Under the pieces are notes generated by a model. The model saw only the letters and a program-made list of their open reading frames with translations. It ran no database searches and was not told the origin of the DNA. From positions 1 through 26,152 of IMG/VR virus record IMGVR_UViG_3300002092_000171: DNA of 26,152 bases. One strand, given 5' to 3'. The position numbers and the translations under genes are program-made. This DNA comes from a virus. Taxonomy: Duplodnaviria > Caudoviricetes. How positions within the stretch are numbered: position 1 is the stretch's first letter; every line of letters begins with the position of its first letter. Positions 24,857-26,152 of the stretch are shown piece by piece.

Positions 24857-25111
24857 ATGGCAAATGTGGATTTAGCCACAATCGTATATTCCTACTTTTT
24901 TGTATCGGCAGCGGTACTTGCTGGCGTTGGTTACTTTGCAAAGCATACCATCAAGCAGCATACGGAAGAACTACGCGATCAACTTAATAAAATCATGTAT
25001 GCCCTTTACAATGATGGCCAAACTGGCCTTATTAATAAAGTTGACGAATTGATCCAGAATCAACAAGAAATTAAAATTGACGTTGCAGTCATGAAGGCAA
25101 AAGCAGAATGA
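24857..25111 (+). CDS. Single-pass membrane protein with coiled coil, lysis-cassette associated
   Basis: AAAGGAG RBS. Hydrophobic segment IVYSYFFVSAAVLAGVGYFA followed by heptad-like sequence. Confidence 0.75.
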   Translation: MANVDLATIVYSYFFVSAAVLAGVGYFAKHTIKQHTEELRDQLNKIMYALYNDGQTGLINKVDELIQNQQEIKIDVAVMKAKAE

Positions 25112-25311
25112 ACAAAATTTTTTTTTGGAAAATTATTTCCATACTTCGCGTATGGTTTCAATCATTTCTTTCTATTGAAGTAGCACTTCATATTCACGAT
25201 ATTCTTAGTAGCAAATTTTTTTGGAAGGTATGCTTGTCAGCTACCATACCAGTGCTTATCCGTTGGATGACTCCAAGTGATAGATTCCCAAACGAAAAGG
25301 TGGCAGAATGA
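25108..25311 (+). CDS. Putative holin-like membrane protein (67 aa)
   Basis: ATGA overlaps on both sides, two hydrophobic segments, C-terminal IPVLIRWMTPSD, directly before the endolysin. Confidence 0.6.
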   Translation: MNKIFFWKIISILRVWFQSFLSIEVALHIHDILSSKFFWKVCLSATIPVLIRWMTPSDRFPNEKVAE

Positions 25312-25847
25312 CATACCCATTCATACAGGCCGTACATTACACCAAGGGACGCGGTGGCCATAAGCCACGCCTTATTGTTGTTCACACAATGGAAACACCA
25401 GAAACTGAAAGCCGAGCCAAGCAAGTTGCGTCATGGTTCGCTGGTAAGACAGCACCTAATGCCAGTGCCCATTATATGGTAGATAACAAGCAGGTTCTTC
25501 AATCTGTTCAAGAAGCAGATACAGCATGGGCTGTTGATGATTTTACCCTTAATGAAGAATCTATTTCTATTGAGCACGCTGGTAGTGCGTCGCAAACACC
25601 GGCCCAATGGGCTGATGCCTATAGCATGGCTGAACTTAAACTATCGGCAGCGCTGGCTGCAGACATTGCTAAGCGTAACGGTATTCCAATTGTAAAGCTA
25701 ACACCTAATGAAGTCCTAGATGGTAAGTCAGGTTTTGTTGGGCATAATGACATAACAATCGCTAAGAAAATATCTGGCGGACATACCGATCCCGGAGTCA
25801 ACTTCCCTTGGGATCAGTATATCAATCTAATCAAGGAGACAAAATGA
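25308..25847 (+). CDS. Endolysin, N-acetylmuramoyl-L-alanine amidase (Amidase_2 type)
   Basis: LIVVHTME, ASAHY, TAW, SISIEH, VGH and HTDPG..FPW are the Zn-amidase signature motifs. Confidence 0.9.
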   Translation: MTYPFIQAVHYTKGRGGHKPRLIVVHTMETPETESRAKQVASWFAGKTAPNASAHYMVDNKQVLQSVQEADTAWAVDDFTLNEESISIEHAGSASQTPAQWADAYSMAELKLSAALAADIAKRNGIPIVKLTPNEVLDGKSGFVGHNDITIAKKISGGHTDPGVNFPWDQYINLIKETK

Positions 25848-26152
25848 ATAAGCAAATTGCATTATCATACTTGCGCCACCTGTTAACAACAGCGGTTGGT
25901 TCGGTTATCGCAGTAGCGAGCGCACAACATATTGGCATTGCACATGTTACAAAAGCAGATCTGCTCCTTGTAGCCAATGCTGTCTGGATTGCTGTCCTAC
26001 CACAGGTTCGCTTTTTAGCACCTAAATTTGTTGATCTATACCTAAAGAAGCAGTTCCCTGCCCTAGGTATTGTTTTAGCAGATCTTGAAAGCTTCAATGC
26101 CCAAGCCACAACAGAACCAACACAAACAACTACGGCTACCGCTAATGTAACG
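25844..26152 (+). CDS. Putative holin-like membrane protein, 3' truncated by the window edge
   Basis: AAGGAG RBS and ATGA overlap. Manual translation gives MNKQIALSYLRHLLTTAVGSVIAVASAQH...LLLVANAVWIAVLPQVRFLAPKF..., open to the window end with two hydrophobic segments. Confidence 0.65.
   Translation, partial: MNKQIALSYLRHLLTTAVGSVIAVASAQHIGIAHVTKADLLLVANAVWIAVLPQVRFLAPKFVDLYLKKQFPALGIVLADLESFNAQATTEPTQTTTATANVT

Noticed and set aside
25118-25222. T9 and T7 runs in the holin-like gene as phase-variation or frameshift sites
   Set aside because: The frame is intact with ATGA overlaps at both ends, and the runs simply encode Phe-Phe in hydrophobic segments.
3759-26109. Numerous short alternative-frame and antisense ORFs in the ORF track
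   Set aside because: They are nested in or antisense to long coupled genes and lack RBSs and recognisable motifs, so they are treated as shadow ORFs.
26117-26127. CCAACACAAAC, inverse match to the early-region 12-mer
   Set aside because: A single 11-nt match in a Thr-rich coding tail (PTQT), far from the cluster and plausibly chance.
1-26152. tRNA, rRNA, integrase, transposase, intron or intein
   Set aside because: No cloverleaf or rRNA-like sequence in the few gaps, no recombinase motifs, and terminase, portal and capsid ORFs are uninterrupted and of ordinary size.

Overview
This window is part of a tailed dsDNA phage genome (Caudoviricetes). It is probably podovirus-like, because it has no tape measure, tail tube or sheath gene but does have a large block of putative ejection proteins plus adaptor- and nozzle-like genes. 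An actinobacterial host is a guess from gene style and lysis genes. Positions 1-1483 hold three small leftward genes, each with its own sigma70-type promoter and 5' hairpin, interspersed with a repeated 16-bp palindrome and a 12-bp direct repeat. Positions 1484-2290 are a non-coding switch region with a C-rich repeat tract followed by a very AT-rich tract with long inverted repeats, a candidate genome terminus, pac site or origin. From 2291 to the end runs a tightly packed rightward virion operon: HTH-fused large terminase, portal, two small low-complexity proteins, four putative internal/ejection proteins, scaffold, major capsid protein, a GT2-TPR glycosyltransferase, small Cys/His and basic proteins, adaptor, tail fibre, Cys-rich tip protein with two small partner genes, nozzle, and a lysis cassette (amidase plus three membrane proteins). 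The best leads are (1) a double-pseudoknot-like leader that could mask the scaffold RBS, (2) a tip protein with a symmetric 11+4+11 cysteine stalk-and-knob insertion followed by a CxxC/CxxCGC protein, and (3) a glycosyltransferase beside the capsid gene. All functional calls come from motif reading and gene order; no database search was run.
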